Assembly (NCBI GenBank): GCA_002269645.1
Contig: NIVC01000455.1
Coordinates: forward strand, 124,001-188,000
DNA from: Macrostomum lignano
Lineage: Eukaryota
Length of the DNA stretch: 64,000 bases
Direction of reading: 5' to 3'
In this document: positions 36,401 through 48,500 of the stretch, one piece after another
Position numbering within the stretch: the stretch's first letter is position 1
Layout of the letters: each line of letters opens with the position of its first letter
Position numbers and translations under genes: made by a program
The notes under the pieces: generated by a model
The model's database searches: none
Told to the model about the DNA's origin: nothing
The model's input: only the letters and a program-made list of their open reading frames with translations

Positions 36401-37904
36401 AATATTGGGGAATCTCTGAAAGTGACATTGAGAACGATTCGAAAGACGACCCGTGGATTTAATCAGCTTTGAGATCGCTACAAACGGGGCACTGGAGTAA
36501 GGCCAACACGTATTACAACGCCGGAAGCCAACTTTCCAGCACAAATGGAGTCCTGTTGTACCAAGACCGTTATGTAGTTCCGAGAAAGTCTGTTATGGCA
36601 GTGTTAGAGACAATGCACGAAGGGCACTTGGGAATCACCAAAATCACTGAGCGGCTTAAAATATGCGTTTGGTAGCCTCTGATGGCGGAAGATGTACAGA
36701 ACTTCGTATCATCATGTGAACTGTGAAAGCTGCTCAAGAGCACTTCCGGAAATATCAAACCATCAATCATTCCGACGGAGCTACCAGAAGGAGCCTGGAA
36801 GCTAATAGGTACCTATTTAAAAGGTCCTCTTCCGTCTGGAAAAAACACTATTAGTCATCGTGGACTACTATTCTCGCTATCCGCTACTTTATGTGTTGCC
36901 GAAGGCTGATGCGACGGAGGTGACCAATAAAATGAAGGAAGTATTTCACTCGTACGGTGCACCAGAAGAATTAATCACAGACAATGGTCCACAGTTCATA
37001 TCCGAAGAATTCAAGAATCTAACGCGAGAATTCAACGTGAAGAACCGAAAGAGCACCCCATACTGGCCTCGTGGCAACGCAGAAGTGGAACGCTTCAACA
37101 GAACTCTGAACAAGACCCTGCAGATCTGCAGTCGGGAAAGGAAGAACCTGAAACAAGAACTTGGACGGTTACTGTACAGCTTCAGATCTTCACCGATCCG
37201 CGCGACTGGAGAATCCCCAGGGATGCTATTCTTTAAGAGGTAATTCGACAGAAAGTTACCAATTCCGGAGAGGAGAGCCATGACTCCGAACAGCGACATC
37301 AAAGCTCGTGATGACGAGTACAAACGGAAAATGGCAGAAGACGGACCAGCCAAGTACCAGAAGATGTTCTGCCCTGGCAATCAAGTCATCTGGAGACGAG
37401 AATTTCGCAACAGCAAGTACGAACAGCCTTATGAAGTGCAACCAGGAACGGTCGTCGGGACCAATGGCACGACTGTGAGGATTCAAACCAAAGACTACAG
37501 TATAGTGCGAAGGAACTTCTCGCGACTAAAGAGAGGAAAGACTCCTCAGTAAAAAATGCGACACGGAGGTTCCCTCAAGGCTCAAAGCAGCAAACCAGCC
37601 AGTAAAGGTAGAGCCTACAGTGAGGGATCGACAACGAGGAATCGGTCTCCGACAGAATCCAAAGCCGCCGGAGAGATTCGTGCCTGAATAATGTGGGCAA
37701 CGATCCCTGAACAATTTTTGGTTGGTCTGACTGTATTTCTTCAAAGGGGGGAGAGATATGGTATTCTCAACGAATGCAAATGCAAATGCTTATTTTAAAT
37801 CTATGGCTCAGCCGTGCTCAAATATACAGATAAGTAAGTCGCAGCCCCAGATGCTGATCATTTTCTTTTCTCAGCACAAGAGCTGGCACACCAATAATAC
37901 AACA
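33490..37904 (+). mobile_element. Full-length but decayed Ty3/Gypsy LTR retrotransposon (4415 bp); LTRs 33490-33636 and 37757-37904
   Basis: 147/148-bp LTRs differing by ~7 substitutions and 1 indel; TSD AATCT; PBS TGGTGGCAGCGG; PPT aaaggggggagaga; gag (CKKCNKVGHHAKVC), protease (LIDSGS), RT (NIQDD), RNase H (VDASPVG) and integrase (ITDNGPQF, AEVERFNRTL) in Gypsy order with many frameshifts and stops. Confidence 0.95.
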
Positions 37905-38075
37905 AATCTGCTACATGCGGCTGCCAACGGCATGACCGAGCGCCTGAAGAGATCGATCAACAGGGTCATTCGTGCCGCCATCGATGAAAACAAAGACTGG
38001 CGCGAGGCTCTGGACGAGGGGATGCAGGCGTACCGGACGGCGCCATACGCAACAAAGGGCCGAGCGCCGAGCGAC
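37905..38075 (+). pseudogene. Old Gypsy integrase, C-terminal half, resuming after the insertion
   Basis: ANGMTERLKRSINRVI...MQAYRTAPY continues the frame interrupted at 33489. Confidence 0.8.
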
Positions 38076-38164
38076 CGCCAGGTAATGCTTTCTATGAAGC
38101 TCTAAGGTATTCTTATTAGCTGCTGTTAGGGGTAGCAGATAGGGTGCGACGGGCACCCTACGAT

Positions 38165-39616
38165 GTGGTGGGAAGCAGAAGGAGTTTTTGCGCCTAAAGC
38201 GTCAGTCGGGAAGGGAGAGTTCTATTAATTAGGTAGCAACTCGCAGCCGTTGCACCATCTAGAAGATCGCATCCTAGCAGGCCGAATGTCTTTGAAGATG
38301 AAACCACCATCAGCTTAGCTGGATGAATGCGACCGCGCATCCCCACGGTGGTAGACAGCTTTCCCAATGTCTTTCGGATGTGGTCATCATATGCCTCGAG
38401 TCGCCGATGATACTTGTCCAATTTGGGGCATTGCAGCGATTCCCAGCGGTGGCTAGAAAGCACTGAAACTGAAGCTCCGGTGGCGATCTGCATCGGAATA
38501 GCGACACCGTTGATCAGCACAGTTTTTGTCGTTACCGAAACAGCATGGATGAGATCTACGTCTGTCAGATGGAGTACATCAGAGGCGTCGGAGTCCGAGG
38601 TTACAAGTTTCGTGTCCATATGGTTGACCTGTTTGACGCCACTGAAGCGGCACACGGATCTAATGTGGTTGCGCTTGTTGCAATTGTTGCATGTCTTGCC
38701 GAAAGCCGGGCATTTGCCAGCTGGGTGAGATCTGCCACAAAACTCGCAGTCGTCTATGTGCCGTTCATGGGACATGGTCACGCTACCGCCTCGATGCTGC
38801 CGAGCTCCCCTGCGAAGTTGATGGAGTGTCCTTTTTGGGTAGGCTCTGTGTCAGCGTTTGGAAGATCCCTGCTGTCTCCGAACTTCGTCACTTGTTCGAT
38901 AGTCCTGACTATATCCACGATTTTGGTGTTCTTCAAGTCTTTCTTTTGCATGGCTCCCAGAATGCGTCGTTGATGTTCTGGGTTCTGTTGGCCAGAGATG
39001 AGCATCAGACGTACCATTTCCTCTTCCAGGCTGGTGCAGGTTTTTAGAGCATCGAACTCGCAGTGCGTGGCCCCCTTTCTCAAGCGAGAAAGAAACTCCG
39101 TGATGGGCTCATCGGCAGCCTGAAGTAGCGTGAAGAATTTAGTTCTCTCAGCAACGACAAGGTGCTTTTGGGGTTGCAGAAAGTTCGTAATGGCAGTCTC
39201 CAGCTCCGCAAAGGTGTGTGCTTCCACTTCTTTCGGTGCGACAAAATGAGTAACTTTTTCGAGAGCTGCTAGTCCACAGAGCGCTAAAAAGTTGTCCATG
39301 ATTTGTCGATCTGCCTCTTTATCTTCCCACTTCTTGGTTCGAGCCAAGGCTTTGAATGCCTGAATCCAGGTTAATGCATGAACCGTGTCAGCAAGATCCA
39401 GATTGCCAAGCCGCGACGCCATTTTTGTAGTTTGAACTAAGCTGTCGGCACTTTGGCGTTAATGTTCGAGTTTATTCAAGCAGAGAAAATATAACATAAG
39501 TGAGAGGCTGGGAACGAAAGCTTAAGAATGTATAGCTGGTTGCTACCCCAGACATTACAAGGATATGATTGGGTAAAGTGCAACAACGCTAGTTCTAGCT
39601 AGCAGCCACTACCACA
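38165..39616 (-). mobile_element. 5' part of a Gypsy-like LTR element: LTR 39616-39426, PBS, gag and protease; 3'-truncated
   Basis: TGT...ACA LTR with AATAAA; PBS TGGCGTCGCGG; gag from 39422; zinc knuckles CEFCGRSH and CNNCNKRNHIRSVC; degenerate protease IATGASVS. Confidence 0.85.
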
Positions 39617-41452
39617 CCTTATGTTTGGCGTTAATTTTAAACTTATTTCGGTTGAGAAGTAAAAGCAACCGCTGCGCGCCGGCGTGTACCGCAGTCAATT
39701 CATCAAACAGACAAGTGTGCAGACCGACTAACAGACCGTTGTAAAAAGGCCTCGTTGAGACTTAAAGTAAAGACAGTCTGCAGGAGGTGCTTATATTAAC
39801 AACTATGATACAACCCCTATGAAATGGTGATGAAATAGCAGTGCATACAATAAACTGGCACTTCATCAATGCTAAAACTCGCGCCTCATCAATGCTCAAA
39901 CTGCGCCTCATCAATGCTCAGCTTCCCTTTTCGCTGAATTCTAAAATTGCAAATTCCATTAGCTTTAATACTGTAAAGTATTAGAAAAGCGTTAAAACAT
40001 TTTTTCAGCACTGGCTGACACGGTTAGATTTATTCAATTTTTTAATTGCTCGTATGATATTAACAAATATTCACCAACGAATGAAGCCTATAAAAGTGAT
40101 TAATTTATGAGTTTGCATAGCCGTCACATGAAATAATAAATTTTAAGAGCTTAAAATCAGCGAAATTACCTTTGCTTCTCGGCATTTAAACTCATCCCGA
40201 CATCAAAATTATGGCATATTATACACTTATCCAAGCTTCAAGATTAAATTAAAATTGAAACTATAAAATTAAATATTTAGTCAAAATTAGCGAGGAAAAC
40301 TGGACTGCTTCGGTGAGAAAGACTGGGCCAGAATTGCGCTCGTAGGTGGGCCTCAGTTTGTGCGCCCCACACAGAGGTTTCTCATTCACGTTCCACGTTC
40401 TACCGGTAGTTGTAGAGAAATCCTTGATCAGGCTCAGTCCTGTTTTTATAAACTCAACGGGGGGAGTTATTTGTATTAAAAATGCAAAATTCACTCAAAT
40501 TACAGGTATCGAATCAGTTAAGCGAGTTCATCCACTGCCATCCATTATAAAGCTTGCATACGGTACTCGTTGCTTATTTGGACAAGTAAAATTTAGTCAG
40601 GTTTGACGGTATTTTAACAACATTAAAACAGTTCAGTTTTGGTTTATTTATCAGTTTTGATTAATGCAAGCATATTATTTAGATTAAACCGGAGATAATT
40701 GTCATTAATCAACATTTATGATTTATTATTAATTGTCTATTAATGTTTGTTTCACATCCTGCACCAGTGTATTAGCATTAACCGTAGAACAGATTATTTT
40801 ACATGCATCGATACTCCAGCGTTTTCGGGTCCCGTTGATACTCGAAGACCGTGTAGCATTCTGAGGCGTGTATGGAATTGCCGCAAGAAGAGTATTGAGC
40901 AACGCACTTGAGAGATTCCTTTGCAATAGCTTTAGCCACGTCTTTTTTTGATATTTATGGGTTTCATGTCGTAAACCATTTCAAACACCACCAACCCTTG
41001 GAGCGTTTATCGAATTACCATATATTGAATAGTCTGCCGAACGCTTCCGGAGCGAAAAAAGAATTTGGATTTGGATTTGGATTTAGATTTGGAGTGACCT
41101 GTTTCCATTGCTACTCAATGAAACTTTATTCGTTCTAAAAAGACTTTCAGGATCTCTTAGTAGCGAGGCGGAGATTGGGCGACGTTGAGCCTTCAAATTC
41201 ATCTTTGTTCCAATCTCAATCGATTGACCACTTCATTTGGGACTGTTGATTTACCAAATCATTGCAGACAGCCAGCAAAGCAACAAAAATTATTAAAGTT
41301 ATGGACGACCTCATAATGATGAATAATGGAAGACTAATGAATAATGGAAGAATACTAACACGCGAAGTTAATTCACTGAAGCTCGTGCACATGCGAAAAC
41401 GTATAGCATACCGTATGTGCGCGACAAAGGGTCTACTGTTTGTTTTAATGCA

Positions 41453-41480
41453 CTAGTTCTGCGGGTATATAAATACCGCG
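41453..41480 (-). other. Candidate Helitron 3' terminus (hairpin, CTAG, then T)
   Basis: Minus strand gcggtatttatatacccgc-agaa-CTAG|T; the hairpin is closer to the CTAG than usual. Confidence 0.4.
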
Positions 41481-42800
41481 CACGCCGATTTGAATTTCCG
41501 CGCTCGCGAGACGGCCAGTTGAAATGCCTCTCTTTGCCCGGACTGTGTGCTCCAATTTAGTAACATTGTCTTGTGTAGGCCCGACCCGTTGTGCCTGATA
41601 ATTAACTTATTTCATGGCTAGTACTTAGTGCTCAATATAAGTCTTAGTATGAGCAAAGCTCTTAAGTACTGAGATTAGTTAGAGAAGTCTAAATCTTAGC
41701 TCTAACAAACTGTGTTTAGTTAGGACACAGGAGGCCGAGCTTATTTTCGTGTTTTGCTAATTAATTATTGTTTAAGTCTATTTATTACTTCTGCTGGTGC
41801 GCTAGTTTACTTATTTATTCAATTATCGTTCGATAATTATAGTTACAATTGTCAGCCTATAATTAATTTGAAATCAATTTAAGTTATTTGGTTCAATTTA
41901 AGCAAATCTTTCTTTGAGGAACGGCTTGGCTCAGTCATTTAATCATAGCTTCGATTGGTTGCAGCGAACTACCTTTCGTGACGTAAATAGCTTTGGGATT
42001 GAATTATCGATTTATCGTGGAACGTAATTTATCAAGAAATCAGTGGCATTACTCTATCAGACCATCTCAGGGTACCGCTCTTCGACTGGTGCATTATAAG
42101 CAGTATAGCCTCAGGCCATATTTAGTGGCCTGAAATTCGAGCTACCGAAATTCTAAGTCATTTGGGACCTTTGTCACTACCGGAAATAGAGAACCAAGTC
42201 ACTCCGCTCACTAAGATTTCGCGGACAAGAAGCCCGTCTGAGTTGGGCCAGACGCTGAGTCACCGCCGTGCTAAAGTACGAGTGATTCATAGTCTGCAAC
42301 TAGACAAAGAGCCTAGGAGACAGAGAGCCCAGAGGAAATCTATAGTTCCGCGAGACATAGGGCCCGTAGGAAGTTATAGGTCACTCGCGACAAGGGGCCT
42401 GGCTCGGCTTAGCGTTAGATTTAATTTTCGACACAGACTACTTGTCGACAGTAGCAAAGTTAGCATTAAGTTGTTGTCAACACCGTCAAGTTTAATTAAA
42501 TTATAATCCGTTACATTTGGTGTCATTAGCGGTGGGATTGGTTATCCAAGCCGTGAAGTTTCTAATAGTTTTGGGGTCTGTTACACTAGTAAATTTTGAA
42601 TAAGGTTGAAATTGATATGAAATTAAAGCAGACAAAGTTTTTGTCTTTTGCATCCTATATATAATATAATTTTCATTAAAAACTCGGCCAAATGGGAAAT
42701 ATTTTATCAATATACGAACGTAATAATCCCTACATTTTGTAGGGTTTAATTCGACTAAATATTTAATTAATTAGACCAATATATGTATATCATTTAAATT

Positions 42801-43530
42801 ATCGCTTTTGACGCTCTAGATAGGACTTTAGACATTCAAAATAAGACTGCATAGGATCGCAAGCAAGGCCAGGCTAGCCACGGCCAGAGCAAGCCCAGTC
42901 TTGGCTGCAGGGATGGCTTGGCCATAGACTAAAAAATGGAATATCAAAATGAGAATAAGACGCTCAATATGAGACCGGGAGTGAACGTAATTTATTTGCT
43001 TTTTGGCAGTCACCATACAAACAGCTAAGGAGAAATTAGGCAATAAACAAGAAGCAGAATATATCGAAATGTTTAGTCCATCACTGAAGTCAGCCTGGCG
43101 GACTGCGTTAGAAGGCCATTCGATTTAAGCACCTTCCAAAGTGCCTCTGACAGCGGAGTTCTTATCTAGCCGCCTTCTCAGCTGTGATGACGAGGCCGAC
43201 TGCCTCCCGTGCAATCCGCTCCAGCAGCATGAAGCGCCACTCCTCTTGTGTGAAATCTGCAGGTGGAGCAGCCTCTTCCTCGACTAGCTCAGGGTTCGCC
43301 AGCATCTGGCTGAGGGTCAGAGGGTTAGAGCGATATCTGAAGGCTTTCACACTCAGTCTCATATTGAGCGTCTTATTCTCATTTTGATATTCCATTTTTT
43401 AGTCTATGGCCAAGCCATTCCTGCAGCCAAGACTGGGCATGCTCTGGCCGTGGCTAGCCTGGCCTTGCTTGCGATCCTATGCAGTCTTATTTTGAATGTC
43501 TAAAGTCTTATCTAGAGCGTCAAAAGCGAT
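42801..43530. repeat. Foldback: 175-bp inverted repeats (42801-42975 and 43356-43530) around a 380-bp spacer
   Basis: Arms are reverse complements with 3 mismatches. Confidence 0.92.
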
Positions 43531-44003
43531 ATTAGTAGTCACAAAAATTTTAGTCACAACCTACGCAGACATACGCTAAATGTTAACTTTTACAGATAAA
43601 TCATGAAAACAATTACATAGACATTCAGACTTTGGACTATAGATACGTACCATGGGGAGAAACGGCTGGGCCAAATAAGCATTCATTGTTACTTTTAACT
43701 TGAAAATCCTTTATCTTTACGTGCTGCACAGAGTCCGTTACGAATGTAGCAAACATGAGTGACAGATATTTAATTTGAAACATGTGACGTAAATATTCGA
43801 CACTTGAACACATAAGAGTTGGCATAGGTTTTTACGGAGTATGTAATTGTAATCCATTAGAGAGCCTTTAGCATTGGTTTTGCCTGCTTACTTGTCGATG
43901 GAAACGGTGTGCTATAATGTTAGAAAAACATATCAGACCCCAAATTAAGTATAATTTGCAACAGTACGCGTATATAGTTAATTAATAGAGCAAGTAAAAC
44001 ACT

Positions 44004-45126
44004 TCATGGATTCCTTACCTCAATACCTCCCTTCAGCCGCTTGACACTCGAGGGTATTTTAATAACAACTTCCTCATCATCGTCTTTTTCCACGATTTTA
44101 TTGCGCTTGGACAGATCCATTCGAGTTCTCAATGGTTGAGAAGAGCCAATGGGGATTGACTGCGATGATGAATCGCGCATTGAGAACCAGTCAGTCAGTA
44201 GACTTGACTCAGAAAGTTGACTGCCATCTGTTACTATGGCATGTGACAAATTTAGTGTTAGCCCATCGTAATCAGTAACCCTAACACCTTTGCAGGCTAT
44301 TGGACGACCATCTAGCATTCTCTCTGTCCGAGCACCCCAGAATGTCCCACTGACAGAGTGACCAGTTTCATCCACTAATAGCACGGACGCCGTAAGTGTT
44401 GGTCCTTTTTTCGTGACAACTTCGACGGGGGCCTGGATGCTCTCCACGACACCCAAAATGTCAATAGGCCTAAAGTGTAATGTTGGTAATAATATTAAAT
44501 TATTACGTATGTCTATCAAATTTCAACAAATGACTAGTAACATTGAAAACTTACGTGTCAATTGCGACGGAAAGGTCAGCAATCTTATTAAAGCTATAAT
44601 GGATGCTTCCTTTCACATTTCGATCAGACAGCGCAATAGTGTCCTTTTCAATGTTTATGGTCCACTCTAGATTGTTCTTAGCGTAATTAAAACGCCTGTC
44701 GGCAGTCTTCACGTTAACCCCACTGACAACGATAGATTTGGTAGGCTCACAAAGTGTCCACAGGTCGGATGGGCTTTTACCGAACACTGTAAGTCTTATT
44801 TCGGTGGTTTCATCTGCTACAAGTAAGCCGAAAAACTCACCGGAATAGTTTGAATTGGCCCAAGCCTTTAGAAGTTCTCGATGTTGTATCTGGACATCCA
44901 ATGAGTATCTCACTCCTCCAGTAGTAAGAGTTGTTAAATCGTACTTCGGCTTTTTTGGTGATGAGCTTTCTATTGAAATATTGAAATAAAATATTCTTGC
45001 AGTTTGATTTAGCAATAACTTAAAAATATCCTGCAGTAATATGTCAGTGCAGTTATCAAATCTAAATCAATAGATGTGGCAATAATATGCCGCTGTACCG
45101 TATTCCACTGTTGACACTTTTGTCAT
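44004..45126 (-). CDS. Helitron-borne RPA70-like ssDNA-binding protein (two OB folds, DBD-A and DBD-B), ~302 aa; exons 45126-45099 (tentative), 44969-44555, 44469-44004
   Basis: FGLLVADETTEIRLTVF, IDILGVV, LVDETGHSVSGTFWG; GT-AG introns keep the frame; lies directly downstream of the Helitron helicase. Confidence 0.8.
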
Positions 45127-45229
45127 GTTAACTATTAAGAGAGAACTGTACCAATTGCTACTTGTGTAATTGAGCTCTTTTGATCAAAGACTATGAAAAG
45201 TGCGACTGGGTAGATATATATTCTCGTGT

Positions 45230-45391
45230 AATTTCCCTCTGCAAGTACGATTAATTTGTCTTTTCTCCATTACCAATAGCTGTGCTCAATTAGCCTAGAT
45301 TCAAATTTTTACAACTCAATTCTAGCACTAAACACACGTTGGTACTGGTAATGGAGAAAAGACAAATTAATCGTACTTGCAGTGGGAAATT
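45230..45391. repeat. 46-bp inverted repeat (1 mismatch) with a 70-bp spacer between the helicase and RPA-like genes
   Basis: 45230-45275 vs 45346-45391. Confidence 0.85.
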
Positions 45392-45525
45392 CCGAAAATT
45401 GAAAAATAATTATAATATATACAATATAAGTTAATGAACAACAGCGCTAAATAGTAAATGAGCTGTAAAAAAATTTTGTCTTTTTTAAGACGTTACAAGG
45501 CGTCTGAATTCATCAATTCAACTAA

Positions 45526-48500
45526 TCAATAAGAAAAAACCGCTTTAAACACTATGTTTTGAGTTCGTCTTCCGGACGCCAGTACTTTGACATGTTTAGG
45601 GTCACGAGCACGACTGAGCGCAACATACAACTGACCGTGCTGAAAACACGACATTCCCAGATGGACACCAAAAAAATCTAAGCTCTGACCTTGGCTTTTA
45701 TGAATAGTAATGGCGAAACACGGGCGAACTGGAAATGGCAGCCTTCGAAATTTTATTGGCATGTCAGCAGCGCTTGGTTCCAGTGGAATTCTAGGGAGTG
45801 AAACAGGCTCGCCCTTGAACGCACCAGCAGCGATACGTGCAGCCAAAAAGTTGGACTCCAGTCTTGTCACAATCAGGCGAGTGCCATTGCAGAGCCGCGG
45901 AGCGTGTCGATTTCTGAGCAGCATGATTGGCACACCAACTTTCAGTTGCAGTCGATGCTGCGGAAATCCAGGTGGGTCCAGAGAGTTCAGCGCCTCCACA
46001 GGAGGAAACTGGGTTGCCGCATCCTCATCGCTAGAAAAGAGTCGATTGAACGGTATTCCACCAGGCTTCCTGGAAACATTGCCAAGAATTCAGCTTTGAC
46101 TTCGTCCACTGTCCGATTATGGGGTGCCAAGATGGCCCTTGACTCAAAAAGCCGGTCCCGATCTAGTGATGACTCAAAGCTATGAAATACGTGTCGAATC
46201 AGGTCGATTGTCTCCGATCCCTCTGGCATACATATCTCGTTAGGCAGTTCTATGTTACCTCTGTCATCCTCTGGCAGTCGGCCTTCACCTACCTTGAGGA
46301 AAGTAAAAAGACTATTTGGCATACATTTGGCATTTTAGAAGCAAAGAAATATCGTCAAGCAGTTTTTAAATCCGCATTGTTTAAAAGAAGCTTACTAATT
46401 ATTACAGGCCAGCACACAGCTATATTTTTACATACTTATGCGGCTAGACTTCAGCCAGAATTTATTTTCGTGTTGTGTGGTCTCCCTTGTCTACTCATGT
46501 CCCACCTACAGAAATGTATTCCTAAAATGTGCAGTACCTACCTGAAGCAAAAAATCGGCGTACTGCAGAGCCGCAAAGTTTTCTTTAGCTAGGAGCCGCA
46601 GATTACGGGAGAGCTTGTGCTGCTGAAACCATGGCCAAAGGGTGCTCTGGTTGATACAAGCCTTTATCGTGTTAGCTGCAGTGCCACCTTTAATAACATC
46701 CAAAAGCTGGCGAAAATCTCCAGCTAAAACAGTAGTGATTCCACCAAATGGTCTGTCGGCAACAACGTCCCGCAAGCTTCGCTCAACTGTTTCCAGAACC
46801 CTTCGATGCATCATTGGAGCCTCATCCCAAACGATTAATTTAGTTTTCCGCAACTTCTCTGCCAAAGCAGTTTGCTTGCCGATTGCGCAGAAGCTTTCAC
46901 TCTGGTTTGCAGATGTCAGTGGGATTTTGAAAGCAGAATGCGAAGCCTGGCCTCCTGGAAGCAGAGTTGCAGCGATTCCAGTACTTGCCACCGCAAATGC
47001 AATATCTCCCTGAGTACGAACACGCGAAACCAGAAGCTCAAGCAAAAATCTTTTTCCAGTTCCACCAGCGGCGTCGATTAAGTGCAGACCACCTTTGCAA
47101 ACCTTCAATAACTGAATTGTAGACAGCTCGTTGCTCATTGCTAGGAAGCTTTTCCCTTTCCTCTACAAAACTGTTTAACTCCTGGAAGTTGAATTTCGCT
47201 TCACTGACTGCATGCTGCTGAGGCTCCGGTAGGCCAAACTGCGAGAGTTTGCAGCCACCCATCGTCTCAAGTCGTCAAGCAAGATCTTGAAGAACTCGAT
47301 TATCCACCCAATTTTCTCCAGCGGATTCACTGTAAACAAAGTCCTCACCCATTGCTAGCCGAAACCGAGACCACAGATCGGGAATGTCCACGGGATCACC
47401 ATGTACAAGAATAACACAGAATAAGCACTGCAGCGCAACCGGCACCTGTGTCTCTACAGCTTCCACCATGCACAGCCGCCAATGCACATCGTCTTCAAGC
47501 ATACCCATCGCCTTACACGCTTCTCTAAAGGTAGGGTGCAGAACATTGTCGACTCTCCTCAGGGATTCATAGCTTAGAGGTCCTCGAACTCGGAGAAGCG
47601 CCAGGCGTAAGAAAAATACTTCATTGGCTCGTGGACTTACGGCATATATCCTAATTTGACTAAAAGTAGCGTACATGTACATGCACATGATATTGCTTTG
47701 AGTACTGTGTAGTGTGACGTCCTTATCTTTTATGGAATTCTCTCATTGTTTTAGAAGGTAAGATAGATAAAATTGGTCAACCTTAAATGCTCCCCATCAG
47801 GCTTTCGGTCAGCTCGAATCACAAGGGATGCATTCTGCAGTCTTGGATCCTCATCTAGCCTTTCAATGGCGGCCTTGAAGCTGTGAACATAAGAGTTTTC
47901 GTGATGCAGCAGGGTCTGTAGCTGATGCAGAAGCTCCCGGTCGAAGCCTTCCACTATCTTCAGTCGGGTGTCCAGCTCGGAGTCACAGAAAAATATTTGA
48001 CAGAATGTAGCAGCGCCACTTTCGTCAGGCAGCAGGCTGCCGATCCTGTGATGGATTTCTCCATGAATTATTACACTCGCGCACCCTCGGAGTAGCATCC
48101 ACTCTTTCACACCGAAAGATGTCATATGAAGTGTCGCGTTGTATTTCCTGATGTTATTTAGGAAGCTGTTGCCCTTTTGATGCTCCCCGAATACAGCTTG
48201 CGTAGCTTCTCTGGTACGCTAGGTGGTGCCAGATTGACTTTGCCCCCACTGCAGCAGATTCCGGGCTTTTCCAATATCCATCGTAGCGCACCGCACTTGC
48301 CGCAGGGCCAGGCCATGCGCCCGGCTGAGTGCGCAGCCGGCGTTGCAGACCTGTCGGAAAAAGTGTTCATGTATCGCTAAATCGACTAATGCATTAGGAT
48401 AACGTCCTTGTTATACCTCATCATTTGTAATGTACTGCAGCATGCCTCAGGAAGGTCTAAAGGGATGTAAAATTAAAGTTAATTATAGAACTGGAGTCAT

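Noticed and set aside
38140-38160. 8-bp hairpin tagggtgc-gacgg-gcacccta as a Helitron end
   Set aside because: No adjacent CTRR terminus; a stem this short can occur by chance
40260-41300. Possible THAP-like or other protein remnant on the minus strand
   Set aside because: Only a weak W...LCGAH resemblance with multiple stops; not supportable by eye
44004-45126. Host RPA1 gene
   Set aside because: Lacks the N-terminal OB fold and zinc-binding DBD-C, and sits directly behind a Helitron helicase
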